Positions 18,898 to 28,934 of a stretch of 32,000 nt of DNA are shown here, one piece after another. Both the position numbers and the translations under genes were made by a program. The DNA is from Candidatus Pelagibacter ubique HTCC1062 (GTDB lineage Bacteria > Pseudomonadota > Alphaproteobacteria > Pelagibacterales > Pelagibacteraceae), in the NCBI RefSeq assembly GCF_000012345.1, contig NC_007205.1, positions 1,020,001 through 1,052,000 on the forward strand, read 5' to 3'. A model generated the notes under the pieces. The model was given only the letters and a program-made list of their open reading frames with translations. It made no database searches and was not told the DNA's origin. Every line of letters starts with the position of its first letter. Positions within the stretch are counted from its first letter, which is position 1.

Positions 18898-19383
18898 TTA
18901 ATTTTTCTTAGATTTTCTGTAATCCCAAGGATAATCAAATTCCATAGACCACATACCTATTTTATTAATTCTTGCATAATCTTCATCAGATACAAATTTT
19001 TTTGAATACCTTCTATAGGCAAATGCATAGCCACTTCTAACTAAATAACTTGATAAGCTTTCGTTATTAACAAAACATTCAGCCAGTGTTCTTTTGTATT
19101 GATCTTTTCCTTCACTAATACATTCAACGCTATTGTTTGAAATTTTATCAATAAGGATTTGTTTTGCTGTAATTCCACAAGGATCCTTAGCTCCTTCGTT
19201 AAGGCAAGTTTGTTTTAATTCAGGTGTATCTATCCCTGTAAATCTAATTTTTTCTCCATTAAGATGAATTGTGTCTCCATCTACAATTTTAATTGTTTGA
19301 GATTTGACTTGGTTAATAGTTAAAATAAATATTAGTGCGGAAACACTAATAAGAAAAATGGCTTTTTTTTTGTTTAAAAACAT
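18898..19383 (-). CDS. Secreted staphylococcal-nuclease-like (SNase/thermonuclease) protein
   Basis: 161 aa. Signal peptide MFLNKKKAIFLISVSALIFILT. SNase motifs VDGDTIHL, IRFTGIDTPE and RTLAEC...GYAFAYRRY. The start overlaps the MATE gene 3' end by 38 nt. Confidence 0.8.
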   Translation of the reverse strand: MFLNKKKAIFLISVSALIFILTINQVKSQTIKIVDGDTIHLNGEKIRFTGIDTPELKQTCLNEGAKDPCGITAKQILIDKISNNSVECISEGKDQYKRTLAECFVNNESLSSYLVRSGYAFAYRRYSKKFVSDEDYARINKIGMWSMEFDYPWDYRKSKKN

Positions 19384-20716
19384 TATTTAAAAAATATCCA
19401 ATAAAGATGATTACTGCAATACCCATAAACCAATTGGTTGCCATGATGGTATAAAAAATATCCGCATAATCTCCTCCTCTAATATTAATTACATACCATA
19501 ATGATAAGAACGGAAATGCAGTTAACCTTAGAACGCTTAAGTAAAGACTATAAATTGGTTTTTTAAGTGCCTGAAAGACTGCTGTTGTAATAAAGAATAC
19601 TGGGTAAATAGGAGCTATTAATGCAGCAACTTTTAAATATATAGCACCATGATAAATAGCTTCTACATTATCTGTAAACTGAGATACAAAAAACTCTGCA
19701 CCGAAGAATAAAACCACACCTGCTACGGCCATAAACGATGATCCAAAAAATAATGCCTTAGTATAAAGCTCTCTAATACGGTTATAATTTTTAGCACCAA
19801 AGTTTTGTCCACCGATAGAAAGTACTGCTGTATTTAAACCAATTACTGGAAGTAAGAAGACTTGCTCAACTCTTAAAGCTGCACCATAGCCTGCTGTTGC
19901 AAGATCACCAAATTGTCCAATAAAATATAATATGTTAAAAATACCTACTCCAATAAACAACATACTAATCATAATTGGCATTGCTTGTGCGAACAATTCT
20001 TTAAGAAGAATAAACTTAGGAATAAAGCATTTAATAGATAAATACTTTCTTAATTTACATGAGTTAATTTTATAGGCTAAATAAATAGTACCAATAGATT
20101 GAGCGATAACAGTTGCTATTGCAAGGCCACCTATACCATAAGCTGGAACAATTCCGTATCCCCAGATAAATAATGGGTTTAAAAAAATATTTAAAAAGAA
20201 GCTAAAGATAAGAACATTTCTATAACTTTTAGTATCTCCCTGTGCATTTAAAGCTCCATTTAAAGAGATTTGGATCATAACTATAAATGTTCCATAAAAA
20301 ATTATATCTAAATACTCTCTAGTTAAAGCGATACCAGCAGCATCAGAGCCCATAACACTCAAGAGAAAATTAGAGGCGTTTAATCCAAATAAAGTAACTA
20401 CAATAGAAGTAACCAATGAAAAAATTACTGATTGAGCAATAAATAGTGAAGCTTTATTAATTTTTTTAGCACCTAATAAATTGCCAATACATGAGTTCGT
20501 TGCAGCTCCAATACCAACACCAACAGCAATGATAACAAAATATATGGGAAATGACTTAGCAATAGCACCTATAGCTTCTGCAGAAATTCTACCCGCAAAC
20601 CATGTATCAACTAAATTATAAAATGTTTGAAATAATGAACCAACACTTGCTGGGATAGTTACTTTTCTAAGTAATTCCCAAATTGGATCTTTAGTTAATT
20701 TAATGGCTTTGGACAA
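19346..20716 (-). CDS. MATE family efflux transporter (NorM-like)
   Basis: 456 aa, about 12 predicted TM helices. N-terminal LLRKVTIPASVGSLFQTFYNLVDTWFAGRIS and GQNFGAKNY are typical of MATE/MatE repeats. Confidence 0.85.
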   Translation of the reverse strand: MSKAIKLTKDPIWELLRKVTIPASVGSLFQTFYNLVDTWFAGRISAEAIGAIAKSFPIYFVIIAVGVGIGAATNSCIGNLLGAKKINKASLFIAQSVIFSLVTSIVVTLFGLNASNFLLSVMGSDAAGIALTREYLDIIFYGTFIVMIQISLNGALNAQGDTKSYRNVLIFSFFLNIFLNPLFIWGYGIVPAYGIGGLAIATVIAQSIGTIYLAYKINSCKLRKYLSIKCFIPKFILLKELFAQAMPIMISMLFIGVGIFNILYFIGQFGDLATAGYGAALRVEQVFLLPVIGLNTAVLSIGGQNFGAKNYNRIRELYTKALFFGSSFMAVAGVVLFFGAEFFVSQFTDNVEAIYHGAIYLKVAALIAPIYPVFFITTAVFQALKKPIYSLYLSVLRLTAFPFLSLWYVINIRGGDYADIFYTIMATNWFMGIAVIIFIGYFLNNVFKQKKSHFSY

Positions 20717-20725
20717 TTATTTTTC

Positions 20726-21631
20726 CTATTTAAATTCTTTTTGAAATATATGCTTCGATCCAGTCTTTTTAGCAAGGTTTATTTGCTTTTGTCTCATTCG
20801 AAATCTCTCTTTTTGAGTTTGAGTTAAATTATCATGACAGTTTACGCATGAAACACCCTCCTCATATTTTTTAGACTTCTTATCTTTTGGTGAAACCGGT
20901 TTTCTACATCCACTACACATTGAGTATGTGCCAGTTATTAATCCATGTTTAACACTGATTCTGTTATCAAAGACAAAACATTCCCCATTCCATAAACTTT
21001 CCTTTTTCTTAATATTTTTTAAATAATTTAAAATTCCACCTTTTAACTGATAAACATTTTTAAAACCTTTTTTTTCTAAAAATACTGAAGCTTTCTCACA
21101 TCTTATTCCACCAGTACAAAACATTGCAATTGGTTTTGTTTTTTTTAGTTTATTCAGGTATTTTGGAAATTCTCTAAAATTAGCAACATCAGGATTAACT
21201 GATCTTTTAAAGGTACCCACATTATATTCAAATGGTTTTCTTGAATCTAAAACTAATGTGTCTTTATCATTAATTAACTTATTCCATTTTTTAGGATCTA
21301 TATGATTATTTTTCTTATTTTTTGATGACAAAGAAAGACCCATGGGAACTACTTCTTTTTTAATTTTTACTTTTGGCTTATGAAATGGTTGAAATTTACT
21401 TTTTGAAATATTTTCACTATCAAACTTTTTAAAATTCAATATCTTTTTAATCTTGGTGATAGTTGACTTTAGATCGTTAGCTTTTCCTGAGATTGTTGCA
21501 TTTACTCCTTCATTAGCTATAATTATTGTTCCTCGAATATTTTTTTTAATCAAATAATCCTGTAGTAAAATCTTATTTTTTTTTAAAGAAGTGAGTTTTT
21601 TAAATTTGTAAAAACCAAAAACATCAAACAT
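20726..21631 (-). CDS. trhO: tRNA uridine(34) hydroxylase TrhO (rhodanese-domain UPF0176/YceA family)
   Basis: 301 aa. FYKF N-terminal domain, a rhodanese domain with active-site loop CTGGIRCEKAS (identical to the YceA/TrhO signature as I recall it), and a Cys-rich C-terminus (CSGC...CVNC). Confidence 0.85.
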   Translation of the reverse strand: MFDVFGFYKFKKLTSLKKNKILLQDYLIKKNIRGTIIIANEGVNATISGKANDLKSTITKIKKILNFKKFDSENISKSKFQPFHKPKVKIKKEVVPMGLSLSSKNKKNNHIDPKKWNKLINDKDTLVLDSRKPFEYNVGTFKRSVNPDVANFREFPKYLNKLKKTKPIAMFCTGGIRCEKASVFLEKKGFKNVYQLKGGILNYLKNIKKKESLWNGECFVFDNRISVKHGLITGTYSMCSGCRKPVSPKDKKSKKYEEGVSCVNCHDNLTQTQKERFRMRQKQINLAKKTGSKHIFQKEFK

Positions 21632-22281
21632 TATATCACTCTACAAACAGTCATACCGTCACCTAAAGGGACAATGATTTGTTCCACTCTTTTATCGTTT
21701 GCAACATAAGTATTAAAATCTCTAATATTTACAGTGAATTTATCTAAATTATCTTCATCAGCGACCTCACCATGCCATAAAACATTGTCTACAATAATCA
21801 ATCCTCCTTTATATAATAACTTCAGTGATCTTTCATAATATTCTTTATAATTCATTTTATCGGCATCAATAAAAACCATATCAAATTTACTATTCTTTAA
21901 TTCATCTAAACTATCTAATGCAGGCTTAACAATTGTTTGAATTTTATTATTAAGATTAGCTTTTTTAAAAAAATTTACTGCAATCTTGTTGGTTTCTTTG
22001 TCTTTATCTAGCGCTATAAGTTTGCCATCATCTGGTAGTGCTAAAGCTATTGAAAGTGCACTTAACCCAGTAAAAGTACCAATTTCAAGTACATTTTTAA
22101 TGTTAGAGGTTTTTATAATTAAATGAAGAAAATGACATTGAGATGTTGCAACTTGCATTCTCTTAACATCCCCAAGTGTATTATTGTATTCGATTATTTC
22201 TTGCTGGATGGGATTTAACTTTAAACTAAAATTATTTATATATTTTTCAAGCTTTTCAGTAATTCTAATTGCTTTACCCAT
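21631..22281 (-). CDS. Class I SAM-dependent, cation-dependent O-methyltransferase (family 3, CCoAOMT/TrmR(YrrM)-like)
   Basis: 216 aa. SAM motif I VLEIGTFTGLSALSIALAL, metal/substrate motifs MVFIDADKMNY and IIVDNVLWHG, and C-terminal PLGDGMTVCR. Its stop overlaps the trhO start by 1 nt (TAATG). Confidence 0.8.
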   Translation of the reverse strand: MGKAIRITEKLEKYINNFSLKLNPIQQEIIEYNNTLGDVKRMQVATSQCHFLHLIIKTSNIKNVLEIGTFTGLSALSIALALPDDGKLIALDKDKETNKIAVNFFKKANLNNKIQTIVKPALDSLDELKNSKFDMVFIDADKMNYKEYYERSLKLLYKGGLIIVDNVLWHGEVADEDNLDKFTVNIRDFNTYVANDKRVEQIIVPLGDGMTVCRVI

Positions 22282-22317
22282 GGTATTTTAAGTCCTTTGT
22301 GTCTACCTATTTTAAGA

Positions 22318-23796
22318 CTATTGAAGTTTTTTTTTTAATATTTCATTTATTAGTTGTGGATTAGCTTTACCACCTGAAACTTTCATTGCTTGACCTACAA
22401 AGAAACCAAATAGCTTTTCTTTACCATTCTTATATTCAATAGCTTTTTCTCTATTAGTATCAATTATTTTATCTATTAACGCCTCTAAAGCTTTAGGGTC
22501 ACTTTCCTGTTTTAAACCTTTTTCTTCAACAATTATTTGAGGATCTATGTCTCCATCAATCATCAATTCAAATATTGTTTTAGCTATTTTTCCAGAAATT
22601 GTTCCATTCTTAATTAGATTAATTAACTTTGCTAAATTTTTGGCACTTACTGGGCTTTCAGATATTTCTAAATTTTTATTATTTAAAACAGCAAATAATT
22701 CACCTGTAATCCAGTTAACTGCTAACTTCATATCTTTGTTTTTGCCCATTTTAGCAACTACCTCTTCAAAATATTTAGCTGTTTCAATATCTGATACTAA
22801 AATTGTTGCTTCGTAAGCAGAGACTTTAAACTCATCAATAAATCTTTTTTTCTTATCGTCTGGTAATTCTGGGATATCTGCTTTAAGTTTTTCAATAAAT
22901 TCATCTGTTACTTCTAATGGTAATAGGTCTGGATCTGGAAAATATCGATAATCATGAGCATCTTCTTTAGATCTCATAGATCTTGTTTCATTTTTTTTAG
23001 TATCAAATAATCTTGTTTCTTGATCAATTGTTTTACCATCTTCAATTAAATCAACTTGTCTATTAGCTTCATAATCAATAGCCATTTGCATAAATTTAAT
23101 TGAGTTAACATTTTTAATCTCACAACGAGTTCCAAGTTTATCAGAACCTTTAATTCTAACAGAAATATTGACATCAGCTCTTAAAGAGCCTTCCTGCATA
23201 TTTCCATCACACGTACCAAGGTATCTCATAATAGATCTTAATTTTTTAATATAAGCACTAACTTCATCTGGAGTTCTCATGTCTGGTTTGCTAACAATTT
23301 CCATCAAAGCTACACCAGATCTATTTAAGTCAACCAATGTATTTTGTGGGTCCATATCATGAATACTTTTTCCAGCATCTTGTTCTAGGTGTAATCTTTC
23401 AATCCCTACTTCTTTTTGGCCATGTGCCATATCAAGAATAACTGTTCCCTCTCCTACTATTGGATACTTAAACTGTGAGATCTGATAACCTTGTGGAAGA
23501 TCTGCATAAAAATAATTTTTTCTATCAAAAACTGATCTTTTATTAATTTGAGCTCTTAAACCTATGCCCGTTTTAATTGCCTGTTTTACACAGTACTCAT
23601 TAATAACTGGAAGCATTCCTGGAAATGCAGCATCCACTAAACTTACTTGTGTATTAGGTTCAGCACCAAAGGTAGTTGATGAAGATGAAAATAATTTAGA
23701 ATTCGATGTAACTTGAGCATGAACTTCAAGGCCGATTACTACTTCATAAACATTATCTCGTCTTTCAATTAAATATTCTGAATTATCTTTAGTCAT
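22318..23796 (-). CDS. gatB: Asp-tRNA(Asn)/Glu-tRNA(Gln) amidotransferase subunit B
   Basis: 492 aa. [40 protein letters not shown] and a C-terminal YqeY-like tail ([17 protein letters not shown]). Confidence 0.95.
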   Translation of the reverse strand: MTKDNSEYLIERRDNVYEVVIGLEVHAQVTSNSKLFSSSSTTFGAEPNTQVSLVDAAFPGMLPVINEYCVKQAIKTGIGLRAQINKRSVFDRKNYFYADLPQGYQISQFKYPIVGEGTVILDMAHGQKEVGIERLHLEQDAGKSIHDMDPQNTLVDLNRSGVALMEIVSKPDMRTPDEVSAYIKKLRSIMRYLGTCDGNMQEGSLRADVNISVRIKGSDKLGTRCEIKNVNSIKFMQMAIDYEANRQVDLIEDGKTIDQETRLFDTKKNETRSMRSKEDAHDYRYFPDPDLLPLEVTDEFIEKLKADIPELPDDKKKRFIDEFKVSAYEATILVSDIETAKYFEEVVAKMGKNKDMKLAVNWITGELFAVLNNKNLEISESPVSAKNLAKLINLIKNGTISGKIAKTIFELMIDGDIDPQIIVEEKGLKQESDPKALEALIDKIIDTNREKAIEYKNGKEKLFGFFVGQAMKVSGGKANPQLINEILKKKLQ

Positions 23797-25254
23797 CTAT
23801 TTAATCCACCAGTCAGTAATTTTATTTTTAAACTGAATTTTCTCTTCCATAGCATAAGCTATGTTTAAAATATTTTGTTCATCAAAAGCTTTACCAATAA
23901 TTTGTAGTCCCAATGGATAACCTTTAACATCTATTCCTGCTGGAATTGAAATTGCTGGTAATCCAGCTAAATTCACTGGAACTGTAAATATATCATTTAA
24001 ATACATTGAAACTGGGTCATTAGTTTTTTCACCAATTTTAAAAGCAGCACTTGGTGTTGATGGGGTTAAAATTGCATCAACTTTTTTATAAGCTTCATCA
24101 AAATCGTTTTTTATTAATTTCCTAACTTTTTGAGCCTTTAGATAATAAGCATCATAATAACCAGAGGACAAAACATAAGTCCCAATCATTATTCTTCTTT
24201 GAACTTCGCTACCAAAACCTTCAGATCTTGTCTTTTCATACATATCAATAAGGTTTTCACCTTTAGATCTAAAACCATACTTAACACCATCATATCTTGC
24301 TAAGTTTGAAGAAGCTTCCGCAGGGGCCACTATATAATAAGTAGGTAGAGCATAGTTTGTATGAGGTAATGAAATTTCTACAATTTCAGCACCACAATCT
24401 TTTGCATACTCAATGCCCTTCGTCCATAAATCCTCTATTTCTTTTGGCATTCCATCAACTCTATATTCTTTAGGAATTCCAATTTTCTTACCTTTAATAT
24501 TATTTGTTAATTCTTTACTGTATTCATTTCTTTTAAAATCAATTGATGTTGAGTCTTTTTCATCATAAGTACTAATTATTTCTTGAAGCAATGCGCAATC
24601 TTTTACATCTTTAGACATTGGTCCTGCTTGATCTAATGAAGATGCAAAAGCAACAATTCCATATCGTGAACAACTTCCATAAGTAGGCTTTAATCCAACG
24701 GTACCTGTAAATGAAGCAGGTTGTCTAATAGAGCCACCTGTATCAGTTCCAATTGTAATAGGCGTTAAATTAGCTGCTAGAGCTGATGCAGAGCCTCCTG
24801 AAGAGCCACCTGGTACTAAACCTTTGTCTATTGGACTTTGTACATTTCCAAAAAAACTAGTTTCATTAGATGAGCCCATTGCAAATTCATCACAATTTAA
24901 CTTACCAAGTAATATCGCACCTTCATTCCAAATATTTTGAGTAACAGTAGACTCGTATGGTGGAATAAAATTATTTAAAATTTTACTACCTGCTGTAGTT
25001 TTAACATCTTTGGTACAAAACAAATCCTTAACAGCTATTGGAACACCCGGAAGTTTTAAATCAAAATTTGGTTTTTGATCAAAACTTTTAGCTTTCAAAA
25101 GTGCATTAGAAAAATCTTCTGTTATGTATGTATTTAAATCTCTAGATTTTTCTCCTCTATCAATAAAAGCTTTTGTAGTTTCTTCAGAAGAAATCTTTTT
25201 ATCTTTAATATTTTTAACTAATTCAGTTAAAGTGAGTGATGTAATATCAGACAT
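23797..25254 (-). CDS. gatA: Glu-tRNA(Gln)/Asp-tRNA(Asn) amidotransferase subunit A
   Basis: 485 aa. Amidase signature [13 protein letters not shown]...[14 protein letters not shown]. Abuts gatB with no gap. Confidence 0.95.
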   Translation of the reverse strand: MSDITSLTLTELVKNIKDKKISSEETTKAFIDRGEKSRDLNTYITEDFSNALLKAKSFDQKPNFDLKLPGVPIAVKDLFCTKDVKTTAGSKILNNFIPPYESTVTQNIWNEGAILLGKLNCDEFAMGSSNETSFFGNVQSPIDKGLVPGGSSGGSASALAANLTPITIGTDTGGSIRQPASFTGTVGLKPTYGSCSRYGIVAFASSLDQAGPMSKDVKDCALLQEIISTYDEKDSTSIDFKRNEYSKELTNNIKGKKIGIPKEYRVDGMPKEIEDLWTKGIEYAKDCGAEIVEISLPHTNYALPTYYIVAPAEASSNLARYDGVKYGFRSKGENLIDMYEKTRSEGFGSEVQRRIMIGTYVLSSGYYDAYYLKAQKVRKLIKNDFDEAYKKVDAILTPSTPSAAFKIGEKTNDPVSMYLNDIFTVPVNLAGLPAISIPAGIDVKGYPLGLQIIGKAFDEQNILNIAYAMEEKIQFKNKITDWWIK

Positions 25255-25541
25255 TATTCAACAACCCTTGGTACTACAAAAAAATCTTCATTTTCCTCTG
25301 GTGAGTTTTTTAATATTTGATCTCTAATATTTTCACTTTTAACCTCGTCGGCTCTTAATTTTAATGTGGTCTCTGCAACAGAAGTTAAAGGCTCAATATT
25401 ATCAGTATTGAGTTCATTTAATTTTTCAATGAAATCAAATATAGAGTTAAGATCTCCAGCTAATTTATTAGCTTTTGCATCATCAACTGAGATTCTTGAT
25501 AATTTAGATATATGCTTTATTGTTTTAAGATCAATTGTCAT
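25254..25541 (-). CDS. gatC: Asp-tRNA(Asn)/Glu-tRNA(Gln) amidotransferase subunit C
   Basis: 95 aa. [10 protein letters not shown]...[18 protein letters not shown] is a typical GatC pattern. 1-nt overlap with gatA. Confidence 0.85.
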   Translation of the reverse strand: MTIDLKTIKHISKLSRISVDDAKANKLAGDLNSIFDFIEKLNELNTDNIEPLTSVAETTLKLRADEVKSENIRDQILKNSPEENEDFFVVPRVVE

Positions 25542-25592
25542 GTGGTAATTAAATATGTCGGCAAACTATCACTTAAGTATAAAATATACAAT

Positions 25593-26048
25593 ATGATCAC
25601 AATTGAAGATTTTAAAATAAAACACACAAATAAGGTGAGATTTATTGGTTTAGATTTAGGGTCTAAAAGAATTGGTGTATCAATTTGTGATGAAAGACAA
25701 TCCATAGCCACACCCTTTAAAACCATAAACAAAACCAACACAAACGAACTAATTGATGAACTTAAGATAATAATTAAGGATAATAATATTGGTGGAATAA
25801 TTGTAGGGAACCCAGTTAATATGGATGGCAGTCTAGGTAGATCAGCTCAATCAGTTAATGATGTTGCATCAAATATATCAAAATCTATAGACCTGCCAGT
25901 AATTTTATGGGATGAGAGACTTTCAACAGTTGGAGCATTTAATCTATCGAGTTTATTAGACGTTAACGTTTCAAAAAGAGTTAAAACAATTGATCAAAAT
26001 GCTGCGGCCTTTATTTTACAAGGGGCAATAGACTTTTTAAATAATTAA
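25593..26048 (+). CDS. ruvX: Putative pre-16S rRNA nuclease / Holliday-junction-resolvase-like protein YqgF (RuvX)
   Basis: FIGLDLGSKRIGVSICD, GIIVGNPVNMDGS, WDERLST and DQNAAAFILQ motifs. The ORF track start at 25512 would overlap gatC; I prefer the internal ATG at 25593 (MITIEDF...), which gives about 151 aa. Confidence 0.85.
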   Translation: MITIEDFKIKHTNKVRFIGLDLGSKRIGVSICDERQSIATPFKTINKTNTNELIDELKIIIKDNNIGGIIVGNPVNMDGSLGRSAQSVNDVASNISKSIDLPVILWDERLSTVGAFNLSSLLDVNVSKRVKTIDQNAAAFILQGAIDFLNN

Positions 26049-26090
26049 TACTTGCCATAGTGATGGTTAATAGTTATAGAGTTAATTTTA

Positions 26091-27032
26091 ATGGCAACCA
26101 AAATAAATAAAGCTATTAAAATCTCTCAAAAACACCTCCTAGGTATTCAAGATCTATCAATTAATGATGTTAATTTTATTTTAGAAGAAGCTAAAAGTTT
26201 CATCAAATTAAATCAAAGTAAAAACAAAAGATTAAATGTCTTAAGTGGTAAAACTCAAATTAATTTGTTTTTTGAACCTTCAACAAGAACACAGAGTTCA
26301 TTTGAATTAGCTGGAAAAAGATTAGGTGCAGATGTTATGTCAATGAATATGGCAAATTCAGCTATTAAGAAAGGTGAAACACTCATAGATACTGCAATGA
26401 CTTTAAATGCAATGCATCCTGATATAATTGTAATTAGACACCAAGATTCAGGTGCGTGTAATCTTTTATCTCAAAAAGTAAATTGCGCAGTACTTAATGC
26501 TGGAGATGGAAGCCGTGAACACCCTACTCAAGCTTTACTAGATGCTTTAACAATTATAAATCGAAAAAAAAAAATTGAAGGTTTAAGAGTTGCGATTTGT
26601 GGTGACATAACTCATTCACGTGTTGCAAGATCAAATATTTATCTTTTAAATATGTTAGGTGCAGAAGTTAACATTATTGCACCATCAAATTTAATGCCAA
26701 AAGAAATAGAAAAGTTTGGGGTTAATACTTTTACAGATATGAAAAAAGGTTTGAAAGATTGTGATATTGTAATGATGTTAAGGTTACAAAATGAAAGGAT
26801 GACTAGTTCTTTCTTGTCTTCTAATAGAGAGTACTATGAATATTATGGACTAACTCCAGATAAACTTGCTCATGCAAAAGATGATGCTTTAATTATGCAT
26901 CCAGGCCCTATGAATAGAGGGATCGAAATTGACACTAAATTAGCAGATGACATTAACAGAAGCGTAATTAAGGAACAGGTTGAACTAGGTGTTGCAGTAA
27001 GAATGGCTTGTTTAAAAATATTTTGTGAATAA
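26091..27032 (+). CDS. pyrB: Aspartate carbamoyltransferase catalytic subunit
   Basis: 313 aa. Carbamoyl-phosphate site [21 protein letters not shown], and the HPGPMNRG loop. Confidence 0.93.
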   Translation: MATKINKAIKISQKHLLGIQDLSINDVNFILEEAKSFIKLNQSKNKRLNVLSGKTQINLFFEPSTRTQSSFELAGKRLGADVMSMNMANSAIKKGETLIDTAMTLNAMHPDIIVIRHQDSGACNLLSQKVNCAVLNAGDGSREHPTQALLDALTIINRKKKIEGLRVAICGDITHSRVARSNIYLLNMLGAEVNIIAPSNLMPKEIEKFGVNTFTDMKKGLKDCDIVMMLRLQNERMTSSFLSSNREYYEYYGLTPDKLAHAKDDALIMHPGPMNRGIEIDTKLADDINRSVIKEQVELGVAVRMACLKIFCE

Positions 27033-28319
27033 ATGAAAAAACAATACTTTATAAATGCAAATATAATTGACCCTTATAACTCTATCAATGAGAAAGGTGG
27101 ATTAATTATTGGAGAAGATGGCTTTATTGAAGCTGTTGGTAAAAAAGTAAATACTAATAACATTCCTTCAAGAGAAAAAGTAATAGATTTAAATGGCAAA
27201 TATATATTCCCAGGTCTAGTTGATATGCGTGTCTTTGCAGGTGAACCTGGTTATGAATATAAAGAAAATTTTAGAACGCTAAGTAACGCAGCTCTTGCAG
27301 GAGGTGTTACTTCAGTTGTTACTATGCCTAATACTGACCCAATTATAGATAACGTTTCAATAGTAGATTTTTTAAAAAGACGTGGAAGAGATAAATCTAA
27401 AATAAATGTTTTTCCAAGTGCAGCCCTTACCAAAAATATTGAAGGAACTACCATGACTGAATTTGGTCTACTTCAAAGTAGAGGAATAATTGGATTTACT
27501 GATGGAGTTAAAACAATTCAAAATACTAGATTAATGTCACGCATAATGAATTCAGCTAAAGACTTGGGTACACTGATCATGCAACACGCTGAAGATTATG
27601 ATTTATCCAAAAATGGAATGATTAATTCTGGAATTATTGCAACTAAACTTGGATTATCTGGAATACCTGCTGTTGCTGAAAGAATAATTATTGAAAGAGA
27701 TTTAACGTTACTTGAAAACATTAAATGCAGATATCACATATCACAGATTTCAGCTGCTAAATCAGTAGAAATTATTGAGGAAAGAAAAAATAAAGTTAAA
27801 TTTACAACAGGTGTCTCCATAAATAATCTTTCATTAAATGAAAATGATATAGGAGATTTTAGAACTTTTTTAAAATTATCACCGCCATTAAGAACTGAAG
27901 AAGATAGAATTGCTCTAGTACAAGGATTAAAAGATGAAACGATAGACGTTATTGTATCTGATCACAAACCAGAAGATGAAGAGCAAAAAAGATTAACGTT
28001 TGCACAAGCATCTACAGGGGCCTCTGGAATAGAAACGCTTTTATCATTAAGTCTAGAATTATATCACAATGGCTCTGTTAAATTAGAAACTATCATTAAA
28101 GCTTTAACATCAAACCCTGCAAAAATTTTAAAAATTGATAAGGGTAATCTTTCAGTGGGCAATGAAGCAGATTTTTGCATTGTTGATATTGACAAGCCAT
28201 GGGTTGTCAAAAAAGATAAGCTTGTCTCCAAATCAAAAAATACCTCTATTGAAGACAAAAAACTTCAAGGAAAAGTCACCAATACATTTGTAAAAGGTGA
28301 AGAATTATTTAAGTTATAA
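27033..28319 (+). CDS. pyrC: Dihydroorotase-like protein, probably non-catalytic (PyrC'-type ATCase partner)
   Basis: 428 aa amidohydrolase fold (MPNTDPIIDN, SDHKPE). The canonical D-x-H-x-H zinc motif reads VDMRVFAGEPG (nt 27219-27251), so both His are replaced (Arg, Phe). Its start abuts the pyrB stop (TAAATG). Confidence 0.8.
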   Translation: MKKQYFINANIIDPYNSINEKGGLIIGEDGFIEAVGKKVNTNNIPSREKVIDLNGKYIFPGLVDMRVFAGEPGYEYKENFRTLSNAALAGGVTSVVTMPNTDPIIDNVSIVDFLKRRGRDKSKINVFPSAALTKNIEGTTMTEFGLLQSRGIIGFTDGVKTIQNTRLMSRIMNSAKDLGTLIMQHAEDYDLSKNGMINSGIIATKLGLSGIPAVAERIIIERDLTLLENIKCRYHISQISAAKSVEIIEERKNKVKFTTGVSINNLSLNENDIGDFRTFLKLSPPLRTEEDRIALVQGLKDETIDVIVSDHKPEDEEQKRLTFAQASTGASGIETLLSLSLELYHNGSVKLETIIKALTSNPAKILKIDKGNLSVGNEADFCIVDIDKPWVVKKDKLVSKSKNTSIEDKKLQGKVTNTFVKGEELFKL

Positions 28320-28321
28320 TA

Positions 28322-28897
28322 ATGGAATATTTAATTGTTGCATTAAGTTCATATTTATTAGGATCAATACCTTTTGGTTTTATACTTACAAAAATATTTT
28401 TAAAAAAAGATATTAGAGATATTGGCTCAGGAAACATTGGGGCAACAAACGCTCTTAGAACAGGCAATAAAACATTAGGCTACGCAACTTTACTACTGGA
28501 CATAACAAAAGCTGTATTGCCTGTTTTATATGTAAAATTTAATTATCCTGATTACATCTTCATTGCATCATTAAGTGCATTTTTAGGTCATGTTTTTCCA
28601 ATATGGCTTAAGTTTAAAGGGGGTAAGGGTGTTGCAACATATGTTGGAATATTATTTTCGATAAACATTTTTTTGGGTTTGGTATTTATTATTAGTTGGG
28701 CTGTTACATTTCTTATTTCAAAATACTCATCACTTTCATCACTAGTTGGTAGTTTAATGGTGCCAATGTATTTAATAGTTTTTGAAAATTATAATTCAAT
28801 ATTTTTCATAATAATGTTTGTGCTTATATTCTACACGCACAGAGAAAACGTCAAACGATTGAAAAACAAAGAAGAAACTAAGACTAAAATTTATTGA
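28322..28897 (+). CDS. plsY: Glycerol-3-phosphate acyltransferase PlsY (acyl-phosphate dependent)
   Basis: 191 aa membrane protein. GSGNIGATNALR, FKGGKGVAT and HRENVKRL motifs. Confidence 0.92.
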   Translation: MEYLIVALSSYLLGSIPFGFILTKIFLKKDIRDIGSGNIGATNALRTGNKTLGYATLLLDITKAVLPVLYVKFNYPDYIFIASLSAFLGHVFPIWLKFKGGKGVATYVGILFSINIFLGLVFIISWAVTFLISKYSSLSSLVGSLMVPMYLIVFENYNSIFFIIMFVLIFYTHRENVKRLKNKEETKTKIY

Positions 28898-28934
28898 TTT
28901 GACTATCTAAGTCTTTTAAGTAATTTGTTTAGTA

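Noticed and set aside
26063-26110. 15-codon uORF ([15 protein letters not shown]) upstream of and overlapping the pyrB start, a possible pyrL-like leader peptide
   Set aside because: No adjacent hairpin, U-rich pause or terminator structure of the kind needed for UTP-sensitive attenuation. Short ORFs arise easily by chance, so there is no support beyond position.
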